A DNA stretch of 38,927 bases, taken from Gonapodya sp. JEL0774 (taxonomy: Eukaryota). The stretch spans positions 124,001-162,927 of the forward strand of contig JADIIX010000043.1 in assembly GCA_027604505.1 (NCBI GenBank), written 5' to 3'. The position numbers and the translations under genes are program-made. The first letter of the stretch is position 1; each line of letters begins with the position of its first letter. This document shows positions 1 to 11,239 of the stretch, piece after piece. The notes under the pieces are model-generated. The model worked only from the letters and a program-made list of their open reading frames with translations. It ran no database searches and was not told the DNA's origin.

Positions 1-469
1 CTCTTTTCGTCTTGATATCGTTCTGCTCTATCTTTCCTGAAGTCTTGGGTCGGTAAGATGCCTTGGTTTGGGACAACGATTTCAAAGCCACGAAACTGTG
101 GGCTTCCCGTGATTCGTTCGGGTGAACACATATTTTTGTATTGTCATTCTACACGGCAGCAGCGCGCCAGCGAGCAAAGTTAACCACATCCTGGATACTC
201 TTGTGGGTAAAAAATCGGTTTCCGTCCCGATCGCCTGAAAATGAAGACGCGAGGTGTATTATCAATAGTCCTAACCCGGAGCGACCACCTGCTCCACGGG
301 AAACGTATACCTTTCAATGACTACTGTCAATATACAAGGTGATTGATCCGCCCCGATTGTGGTAGCTCTTGCAGTGGCTGCGAAGGAGTCGGCGCTCCCG
401 CATTAACGGCCCTTGATGGAGGACTTCGCCATTTCTCGCAATTGACTTTTTGCCACATATCAATACAGA

Positions 470-1400
470 AAGAATTGATCAAGCATTGATTTCTTGAGAC
501 TATGTTTGCGTGGGATTGGCTGAGTTTGGCATGATATGGTTGGCATTCACCACAGAGAATCACCCTCCGATAATCCCATCCCATCTCTCCCAAGATGTGA
601 CTCACTTGATGAGCCACCTTGGAGCTTGCATAGCTTCATTCAGGTTGTTCCGCTGTTCAGGCCATCCATTTAGTCTGTTTCAAGGAATCTGTCCGTTTTG
701 ATGAATCTACTGATTTCGGATGCAAGCAGAGCATTTTGAAATCTGTGAAATGGCCAAAAAGCTCTGCGTCAATGCAAAAATACTAAAAGTAAGACAGATA
801 GAGAAGCCCAAGAGGGTGATGAAATGGGACCTCAAGTAGAATCAAAGGTGATTCTCGAGTCATTCTCACAAATCCAGATGAGGGCCATATCGCTTGGGAA
901 GCACACCAGAATCAGATGTCAACTGTCCATTATATAACACTGATCATGCATGGTATGACTGAATTACATAACTTATCAGTGCATTGATTATCTGACTGAA
1001 TGCTGAACAGAAGTGCCTCCAGATTCTAGGTCATTGAGTATTATATTTATAACTGATTGCTTCGGGCTTGCAATGAACCTTGATTTAACGAAGATCTCCA
1101 ACGGAACAGCGCGCTCAGACCTCTATGGAACCGTGAGTCTACTTTCGAAGAATTGTGTGCTTGTTTCTCGAATTCTGACTTTTTCACTAGCCATTCTTGC
1201 TTGCACATCGATCCTCTTAGTCACTCGCGAATACATAGTGGCTGGTCGCCCTTGACCTTTGAGCACTGTACCGCTCATCAGGATAGATTGATGCGAGTGG
1301 ATGTCCAAGCATGCAGGTATCATGTCATTCCTATGTCATTAGTAAGGCAACTCTCTGTATGTGTATGTGAAAGACATAATGCGTGCTGATCCTGTGAAGC
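470..1400. other. CpG-depleted, AT-richer segment; possible decayed repeat or gene relic
   Basis: About 8 CG dinucleotides in 481-1020 by hand count, against several per 60 nt in neighbouring sequence. Minus-strand frames are interrupted by TGA/TAA. Confidence 0.35.
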
Positions 1401-1476
1401 TACTCTACATGGTCAACTGTCCACGTCACACCCGCCTGTCACTCCATCCTAACCTCGTTCATCGTCAGTGAATGCA

Positions 1477-4400
1477 TTAATTGGCGTTCAACCTCCCAAT
1501 CGATCTGCCAGGCACCCCATTCAATCTGCCCATTGAACGACCCGGAGCTCCCCCTCCCTTCTTGAGGCCCATCCCTGTGTTGTGATGTCGTCGTAGAAGG
1601 TTCCATGAGTGAAGGAAGTCCTCAGATGGGCCTGTTGGATGCTCATACGACGGTGCTTGAACACGATTCAACGTGCCTGACAAAGTGGAGCGTGAAGTTA
1701 TGTGTGACTTTCTATTGAATAACCAAGTGCAGAACAATTGGAGTACTCACCGATAAACCATCCCGCAGCAACAGCCGCTTTCCTGAATGGATTGAAGCAC
1801 GATTGCAAAGCAAATGCAGAGTGATGACGACACGAAGCGTAGATTGGCGTGCACATAACATGGGCGGAGAATTTGATCAGCGGAACCATCAGATGAAAGT
1901 GAAGGACTTGTGCGAGGTAATGGCCGCGACGCAACACAGTGTGGTCCCAAACCAAAGCGACTCACCATTCTTTTGATAGTCCTTTCGGAACCCCCAGGGT
2001 CTCCCTGCTGCCCCCTCTTCTGGCGTCGTGCTTGCTTCTCTCAACCTCATCCTTCACACCGAGCACCTCTCTGGCCTCCTCAACCGTCCCTGCAACTACT
2101 TCCTCCCCATGGAGAACCATGGATCCCAAAGTCTTGCTTCGGGTCGGCTGGAGGGGCACCAACGCAGGGCGAATCGTGGAATCTGCATCCGGGGTGAACG
2201 GTAACCGACGAGCGCCAGAGCCAGGGCGTGCAAGTTCAAACATGCTCGAGCCGGTGTTCGTGCTGATTTCGGCAGTGGTAGGCCTCACAGCGTCCGTCTG
2301 TGAAGCTTGGAGCCCGTGTGATGATCGTAGAATGGCGGGGTGGTTGCCATTGGCAGATGGCGATGAAGATTTGCTGAGCAGGTGTGGCTCTGGGTGTACT
2401 TTGTAGTTACTGCTGGGGTTCCGGCGGACAAGCATGTGCCACTGCTCAGGCTTTTGCCACGGGAAAGGAGTTTCTCCGGCAAGGGTCAAGGAACCTAGCC
2501 GACATAGAACCATCCACGGAACGCCTCCTGCCGCGAACAGGCTGCACACACCCCACTCCCAGGGGGTGAGTGGCACCACTTGCAAGAATGAACCAAAGAA
2601 TTGGATGATGACGACTTGAATGAAGCAGATAACAAAAATTATGGCAAGGAACATCTTGTTGCGAAGGAACCCCGCGAATATATTGATCTCGCCGTTCAGT
2701 TGACGTGCTGTGATTTCATTGGCAGCCTGCAGAAGAACAAAGGTGCTGAATATGAGTCCGTTGTTCCGTTCCGTCAACTCTGTACTCCCGTGGAACTGCG
2801 GATCAAGGGGAACAATTTGCGTCGCAGAGAACATGAGTGATATGAGAACTATAAGTTGATAAACCACTTGCGAAATGATGTACTCTTGCATAGGACGGGA
2901 TATGAGTGGCTGCGTGCGGCCATGGGGGGGATGCGACAAGATATCATCGTCTGGCTCGTCGGTAGCTAGTGCCAATGCACCCAAAGAGTCCATAATCAGG
3001 TTCACCCATAAAAGCTGAACCGCATTGAGAGGCGAGTATCCCACGACAACAGAGCCAATGATGGTGATAGATAGAGCAACAATGTTGACCGCCAACTGGA
3101 ACTGCAAAAATTTTCTCACACAGTTCAGGACATTGCGACCCCATCGAATCGCATGCACCACCGATACAAAATTGTCATCCATTAGAATGATATCACATGC
3201 GTTCAACGCGATCTGCGTTCCGGCGATTCCCATTGCGAATCCAATGTCGGCTTCCTTCAGTGCGGGGGCATCATTGGTGCCATCTCCAGTGACCGCCACA
3301 ACTTCTCCGAGCTCTTGAAGTAAGGATACCAGTGTGTGTTTATCGGATGGAGAGGATCGTGCCATGACCTGGAGTCGAGGTAGGATCGCGATCTTCTCGT
3401 CTTTTGAAAGAGCACGGAATACTGGGCCTTCCATCGCGATTCCTTCGCCGAAAAGTATCCCACATTCCCGCGCGATCTTACTGGCAGTCAGAACATTATC
3501 ACCAGTCACCATTCGGACTACAAGGCCCGCCTTTTGGCAAGCCGCAACAGCTCCAGGCACTTCTTTCCGAAGTGGATCCTTGATACCCACAAGAGCGAGA
3601 AACGTGAGATCAAATTCGGGATCTTCTTTGTTGTTCTAGCCAATCCCACAGAGTGCCAGTAGACATTTTTTCGAGAATGAGTAAGATTGGGTCACTCGCA
3701 CGCCTCTAACAACTCACATCACTAAGATCCGGTAGCTCATTCATGTCTCTGAACGCCAGAATCAAAGTTCTAAGACCCTCTGATGCCCACTCCTTTATCG
3801 TAGATCGCAGTTCCTGTTCACGCTTGTCGTCCATTGGTAAAATTGCGTCACCCTTGGCGTTCACTGCACGGGTGCAAAGACCAAGCAGAATTTCCGAAGC
3901 GCCTTTAGTATGGAGACGGAACTTGACTTCTTTCTTGCCGCCAGGGGTGGGAACAAACGGCTCAATGATAGTGGACATTCGCTTGCGCTCCGATGAGAAC
4001 AGCCAAACCCCATTGTCAACTTTCCCACAAGCTCGACGAGCGCTTTCGTAAGATGAGCCCAGCTTTGTGTTGAAAACAAGCAAGGCACCCTCACTTGCTG
4101 ATCCAACAAATGTAGGCAGAGAGGTTTCAGTTTTATACTTGACGAATGCGGTAGAGTTGGAGGAAATGGCCTCCGAGACGAGTTTCTGCATCCTTGGGGT
4201 TAGAGTGGTCGGACTGAACGCAATGGCGTCCTTTTCGCCGGATCCTTCACCATGAATGACCCGATCTCCAATCATTGCTTTGACTACCGTCATTCGATTC
4301 TCCGTGAGAGTCCCAGTTTTGTCTGTGCAGACGCAAGTTGCCTCTCCCATAGTCTCAGACGCATCCAGGTGACGTACAAAACAATTGTCCTTCATCATCT

Positions 4401-6842
4401 TGAACATTGAATAAGCTAGCGATATTGTCACAGCAAGTGGAAGACCCTCCGGAACAGCGACCACAATAAGGGTGACTCCCACTGTGAAATAAGTGGCGAG
4501 TTCAGTCAAGTAGCTCCATTGCCAACCACCAGTCTGGACTCTGTTTGGCATTGCAGCCGCCCACCGAATAGCCAGCGCTAGGAAAGTGAGAACACCAGCT
4601 GTGATCCCAACTTTTCCAATCAGCACTGCAACATCCCGCAGTTTGGCTTGCAGCACGGTCAAGTCATCTTCACCATCATTGAGGAGTTCCTGAATTCGTC
4701 CTCCCGACGAGCTTGTGCCAACCGCAGTAACAATCATCATTGCGGATCCTTCGCTCACAAGACAGCCCGAAAACAAAAATGGGGCTCTGATGTTCTTCTG
4801 CACCGGCAATGACTCGCCCGTAAGGGGGCTCTCGTCTATGACCAAACGATTTCCCTGTACCAAGAGCCCATCTGCGGGGATCTCATCCCCGACTGAAATC
4901 TCCACCAAGTCGCCAACAAGAACATTCCAAGAACTGATGGAGTCCTTGGTACCTCCACGAACGACCTTGACCTTCTTATCCGATTGCAAAAGAAGTAACT
5001 GTTTAAACTTTTGATCCTTGGAATAATCATTACCCGCTGTTACTGTCAATACTATCGCAACCGCCACAAAAATCGCAACCCCTTCGTACCACCCAGATTC
5101 CGGATGAGTTGCAGTGCCAATTATTAGAATCACAACAGCACCAACGAGCAGGAGCTTGATAATCGGATCGTCCTTGACTGTATCCCACACGATCTCAAGT
5201 ATAGTGTCCGAAGGTGGGGGGGGTATCACATTCTTGCCGAATTCGCCTTCTCGACGATCTCGATCCCCGGCTTTCATTTGCAAATCGGTTTCGATTCTCT
5301 CCCGTTTTGAAAAGAGCCCAGAGAATTTCTTTTGGGTCGACGCTAACCGTTCCTGGGAGTCAGTAGGCTTGGTTTCGTTTTCGTCTTCAGAAGACGCAGC
5401 CAGGGAAAGTCCCATATGTAAATCTGTTCTGACGAGTGCAGCTACCCCTGCCACCCCACCATACTTCTCCTCCAACACAATCAGCTGTTCAGGCTTCACT
5501 CGATTGTCGAAGTCAACGATGCTTAGTAAGTCCTCTTTACTGATGCCGTAAGAGGACGGAGGTAGGTCAGCCATTCGAACAGTAATACGTGCCAGAGCCT
5601 CTTGGATGCCAATGTTGAAATTTCTGACAGCAGCCTTCGCATCAGCAGTGACTGGCAGCGGAACAGCTTGAGGCTCCAAATCCCCAGTTTTTGGAAGCAC
5701 AAGGGATTCCTTGTGGGGGAGATCGGGCATGCCCACAGACACTGGATCAGAGTCATCGATGAGGCTCGGAGCAGCCCGTAAAGCTTCTTTCGCAATCTTT
5801 GAAACCTGCGGTAGGACTTCGGGTGTCGATGAAGACGTCAGATGAACAGTGGAAGTCGTGGTGAGCGGCAACGCAGTCGGGGTTGGGCGAGGTTTCGGTT
5901 GTATCTGTGTCATGGCTCCTTCGACTCGCCCATTAAGAGCGTCAACTGAATCGTATGGCTGCGTCAGTGGAGCGGCTATGACGATGTGCGAGTGATACTC
6001 AGGAACGAATTCGCAATATGGACGCATTTAAACGACCCACCTTCTGATTGCTGCTCCCTCACGACCACTCGAGCCTCGAGGGGGACTACGTTTTCTGAGT
6101 ACGCCTTAGACTCTGGCCCTGCTACTTCCACGTTGGTTCGACGGAATGCATCGCGGGGACGTGCAGACCCTGGGGGTGTGGGCCGTGCCTGATACGGGTC
6201 CACTCGGTCGTGCGAGAGATTTTCTTTTGATTTATTCAACACTGAAGCCGAGTTATGCACGGCGCCTACTGCTTCTGAAGGCGAGTCCTGTAAATGGTCA
6301 GTTGGCGAGGCGACAGGATGTTGGTTCCCTGGAGATACTGCTCCTTGGTCGCTATACAAGCCACGGTTTCCAAACTCATCACGTGAGTGGCTTGCAGGGG
6401 TAGTGAGAGAATGGTGCGATGCAACGGTAGGTTTTCCATCGACGTGCGCGCGTTCCGGTGAATCACTGGTCATCGGCGCCTCGCTTGTGTGACGATCCGC
6501 GTGTATAAGAAAGGCGTTCTCTTGTGTTTCAGTAACTGGTTGGCTTTCTGAGCGAATAACTGCGTCCAGTTGCTTATGCGATGAGCCAAATGGGACTCGA
6601 GCAACATTCTGCAATGAGTGGTCAGTCAATGGCACATTGGGAGTTGAGCCGCGGAGGACGGAGGATGAGCCCAGTCCGCCCTTCACCCGATTCTCCAGAG
6701 CCGATGAGTCATGTTGCTCCGAGATACTATCAGACGGTTCGTTGTATGAGTGCGACATTCCTGTGCCAAGATGCGACGGAACCTGCTCCGCCTGTGCGGG
6801 AAACGACTGCGGAGGAGACCGTTGACTGTCGTCTCCGTCCAT
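1477..6842 (-). CDS. PMC1: P-type IIB (PMCA/Pmc1-type) Ca2+-transporting ATPase, 5 exons, ~1653 aa. Exon model: 6842-6041, 5975-3718, 3635-1966, 1782-1751, 1676-1477. The last two exons are tentative.
   Basis: Motifs DES-LTGES, VVAVPEGLPLAV, DKTGTLT (phospho-Asp), KGASE, MVTGDN, VTGDGTNDAPAL, KFLQFQL and QLLWVNLIMDSLGALALAT are typical of P2B pumps. GT..AG introns join the ORFs in frame (total 4962 nt). Confidence 0.95.
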
Positions 6843-7290
6843 TCAAAAGGTGCACAGAGGATTGCGGGAGGAGGGTGGGATAACGCGAGCGTGCCTGCCA
6901 GATTGGATGAACGCAGTCCACACTTCACACCCAGCCACCGGCTTTTAGACACACAGGAAATAGATAATTCAACTCCAATGGACTACATGCATAAACGTTA
7001 ATGTCCTCAAGCGAATGTTCTGACTCGAACCCGAGACTGCAGGACCCGCTACTTATGGCAGGAAGGCAGTAAACTCACGAGTCTGACTTTAAAAATTCCA
7101 GGAACTTTTAACTACTATCTATAGAGAATCAAATACCAGCAGTTGCACAATTTGGTGATGGTTGTGGATTGAAAATTTTATTGTTGCGGTATCGTTGGTG
7201 GCACTCCGCCGCACTCAACAATTAACCTGACCCGCCTTGAACTCAATAATACCCGTCAACTGCCCATCGACTGGCTGCTCTCTGGCGGTC
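6843..7290. promoter_or_regulatory. Short divergent intergenic region between the Ca2+-ATPase and PDE genes (putative bidirectional promoter)
   Basis: About 450 bp between opposing start codons, with an AT-richer core near 7080-7185. No specific site identified. Confidence 0.5.
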
Positions 7291-10200
7291 ATGCGCAGGA
7301 CGTCTACCCTGCAGGACCGACGCGTACATCCGGACCCGATCAAATATGCCACAGCCAAAGATGAGGACGCGACGCAATCCAACCATGCTTTGAAACCCGG
7401 TCGACTTCCTCTCATATCGGCCGAGACTGATGATGATGAAGAGATACCTGCTGAGAGCTTGACACTTCCTTCATATGAGCAATTGTCTTCATATGAAGGC
7501 GATTCTGCATTCAAGGACACGGTGGGGTACGGTTGGCTGTATGTGGACATGCACTTCAAGGACGAGGTGGCCGAAAAGAATGTGAGATATGAGTTGGTGT
7601 CTTGACTTCGTAGTCTTTCGCTGTTCTGAACTAGCCCCTTGAATCGGAATGTTTGCGGTTCCTTCCTTTAGTTCAGGCAATGGTTTATTGCACGCTCTCG
7701 GAGACAGATAATGAAAACGTTTGGAATCACATACTGGATAGTGACCCTGGAGTTATTGGCTCGAGGTGTCTTTTGTTACATCGAATCACTTGTCCCGATC
7801 GACGAAGCCGACTGCAGCAGCACATACTATCGCCACATCGGACCATATTATCCCTCTATTGATTTTCTGTTGTGGCTGAGCTGTTGCGCTGTTCCAGGTG
7901 TGGTCGGCGTTTTGATCATGAAGAAAGCCAGCCTGGAGTTCGTCGTCAAACACGGATTCACCATTCTAATGTTCTTCCCATGGGTTACACTGTCCGGTAA
8001 GCCCCGCCCTCTTGAGAGTAAATGTGGCCTTTCTCATCTGGTGGGTGATTGGTAACATCATTCACAGCAAACCACCTCCTTAGGGACTACTTTGTCAATA
8101 CGAGCCGGCTGTCATATACACCTCTGACATGGACTTCTGTCGTGATGTGTATAGTGACTGTGATAGTGCAAGGGCCGTGCTGGTACTTTCTGACCGGGCA
8201 GTGCATCATCTCCTCCGTTCTAATATGGGTCACAGCTGTGTCATTGTATGGGCACATCACCTTCACAAGAGCCCCAAAGTCCGATGATCCCAACCAATGG
8301 CTAGTGGTCGGAATTGGTATCGCCAGTCTTCTTGCCATCATGCTTTCCAGACAATTGGAGGTGTCGTCCCGGAGGGATTATCTGGATTGGCGTAGGATCC
8401 AAAAAACCAACAAAAAGCTTAGGAACCAGCTTAATCAATTGCAGGGCCATTACGCTCGTGAGGGTGCGGATTTTGAGAGGTTTGTATGCGTTTTAGTGCC
8501 CTACATCATCCGTTGTTCAGGTTGATTCTGAGATCCATCCTAATGTGGTGTGTGTGTTCGAAGCCCTCTAGAAAAAGCCATAGCTCTTGCGAAGACTCTT
8601 CTCGCGGACCCAGACATGGATGCCGATACGGCAGAGATTCTCACGACCATGCTCGATTTTCTCCGGAGCGCGACAGTAAACACACCCGACTTCATAAACC
8701 AAGACCTCGATATCGACGAAGATCAACAACAATGGCTTTTCAGTGAACTTGGTGGGCTTTGTGGACTAGTTTCGAAGTCGTCAGATGCCGTACTCACGTT
8801 TGAGAATCATTTGCATAAGTTCCGAATCAGCGACGTGCGACAATTGTTGACGAGCGGGATTTTCAATCTCCAAGCCTACCTCGAATCTTCTCTATTACCA
8901 TTAACGACGAAGTCGAAGAAGAGTCTCCAGATTACTCTCCATCTCTCGAAGCCGAGCACCAAGATTCTTTCGAGCTCCCAACGATCATGGCCGGCAGTTC
9001 GAAGGACGTGCGTCAAAGTGCAGACTTGGGCTCACAAAACAGTACTGCTGGAGACGCCAACCGAATCAGCACCTCACTCGCGCGTGTACGGCGGTGGGAG
9101 TGGGACTTGTTTGAACTGGCGGATGCATCTGTCCAGCGACCGCTCTCGGTGCTAGCAAATCACTTGCTTAGGAGCGCTGGGCTGCTTGAAAGCTACAAAA
9201 TCCCCACGACTAAGTGGAGAACGTTTGTTACTGTTATAGAGCAGGGATACCAACACAACCCCTATCATAATTCTATGCATGCCACTGACGTCCTACACGG
9301 AGTGCACTGGGTTTTGGGACTCGACACGATTGCAACTCAAATGACGTCGCTTGAATTGCTGGCTGCTTATGTTGCGGCAATCATTCATGGTGGGCAGCTT
9401 CGAAACACTTTTGCAGATCACACTGGGTCAATCCGATCAACTCACCCAATCTTACATCTCCTTCCTCAATCAAGACTACGACCATCCTGGTGTCAACAAT
9501 AATGTGAGTCATGACGCAGGATTGATGAAGATTGTTCGGTCGTCCATCAATCGTTGATCTGGGGTACATCTTTAGTTTTTGATTAACTCCCGGCATCCCA
9601 AATCCGTGCTCTACAGTAAGTTGATTATTTCTGATGCCGGCTCATTGGTAATACTCATCATTTTCAAGATGATCGCTCCATTTTGGAGAACCATCACGCG
9701 GCCTCGGCCTTTTCTGTGCTTGCTGAACCCCAAAATGACTTCCTAGAGAACCTGAGTCCTGCTGATTACAAGGCTCTTCGTGCTACTGCAATCGACATGG
9801 TCCTCGCCACAGATCTTTCACACCATTTCGCGATTCTCTCCTCATTCAAGGCCAAAATCGCGGCCCGAAATTTTGACTGGCGCACTGTGACCGAAGATCG
9901 CAAGCTCCTCTTACAACTCGCAATAAAAATGGGGGACGTGTCAAACCCGGCCAAGCCGTGGTATCTTTATTCCAAATGGGTAGATAGGATTTTCGAGGAG
10001 TTCTTCAATCAGGGAGACAAGGAGAAGGAACTTGGCATACCAGTCAGCCCTTTCATGGACCGGACGAACTGCAATTTTGCAAACTGTCAACTAAGTGAGT
10101 GGCTAGAACCACCCGGATGCTTAAGCCCAATTCAGAACGAATACATGTTTGTGTCACCGCCACTGCAGGTTTCATCGATTTCATTGTTTCGCCACTCTTT

Positions 10201-11013
10201 GATGCTTTCAATACTTTGATCCCTATCCCTACCATTTTGGATTACATGAAACAAAACCGAGCGCGATGGACTCAAGTGAAGACACTCCTGTCGCCGGTAC
10301 AGAGTCCGCATGTTTCTCAAACGAGCCTCATCCCGAAGCCGCCACCGGTCCAAGACGCTTCGGCTCCTACGCCCTCCTTGCCTACAACTGCACCTGCTGC
10401 TCCCACCCTTGCTCTTCCACCGGGACCATCCAATCACCGCTCCCCGAGCGCATTGTTCCTTAATAAACCTGGCGGAACGGCAATCGAGAGAAGCACCTTA
10501 GCAATGGATATGAGTGCAATGGCTAGTGGGAAACATCGAAATATGACAGACCGGAGTGGTTTCGGATTGCCTCAGGGTGGGAGTGAGGACAATGCGCCAC
10601 ATATGTTCAAGAGGAATCGATACAATGAATCAGATGACAGCGAGAGTATTGCAGCAACAATTCATGTTGAGAACGGAAATCGTTCCGCAGTCAGGCAATT
10701 CTCAATGAGTGCGCGGCATGAATCAAGTTCCTTCGTGCGTGTAATCGACTTTGGGGACGGACCTGAGCGGAATGAAGACCGACATACCTTCGGGGGTGAT
10801 CAGTACCGTGGCGGTGATGAACCCCGGAGAGATTTGCGGAAGCGGACAGTGGACTCTGCACCGTCGTCAACAATGAACATGGCGATAATTGGGAGGTCGA
10901 GACCCGGGAGCTCTAATGGAGTTGGCGCAGGGGGTAGACGAAAAGAAAGTGTCCAAGACGGTCGACAGGGGACGAGACGGAGCAACGGTTCGCTTGAGGG
11001 AGCGAGTGGATGA
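7291..11013 (+). CDS. Membrane-anchored class I 3',5'-cyclic nucleotide phosphodiesterase, 9 exons: 7291-7581, 7672-7996, 8068-8479, 8564-8751, 8820-9389, 9475-9503, 9576-9615, 9669-10094, 10169-11013
   Basis: Spliced catalytic motifs YHNSMHATDV, HDYDHPG, NDRSILENHH, VLATD, KMGDVSNP, EEFFNQGD and Q-x-x-FIDF. Several hydrophobic helices in exons 2-3 are followed by a coiled coil. All junctions are GT..AG and in frame. Confidence 0.93.
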
Positions 11014-11239
11014 GAGCTTCGTTGGACTGCCAAGAACGTTTTGCCGGCATGAATCAGCATTAGCATGAAGCTGAGCGGACATTGGCTGGATTGAAATTAT
11101 TGTTGATATCTTCGTTATATTTATATAATAATAATATTGCTCTGTATTGTGGTCTGACTGGGTGTTCTTCATATGTTCCGTTTGTGCTGGTCTTCACAAG
11201 ATTCAAGGATTCTTTTCTTGATTTTTTGCCGAGCGGACC

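Noticed and set aside
560..700. Minus-strand LNGWPEQRNNL as a Ty3/Gypsy RNaseH-integrase linker
   Set aside because: The resemblance is too short, and no RT, integrase or LTR features are nearby.
1747..1968. Alternative pump tail exon containing GCCC (ORF 1747-1968)
   Set aside because: It needs a 39-nt intron. The 1782-1751 and 1676 model has better acceptors and a more meaningful peptide.
7672..8479. PDE membrane domain as a rhodopsin (RhoPDE-like)
   Set aside because: No retinal-binding DxxxK motif is visible in the last helix, and only about six helices are apparent.
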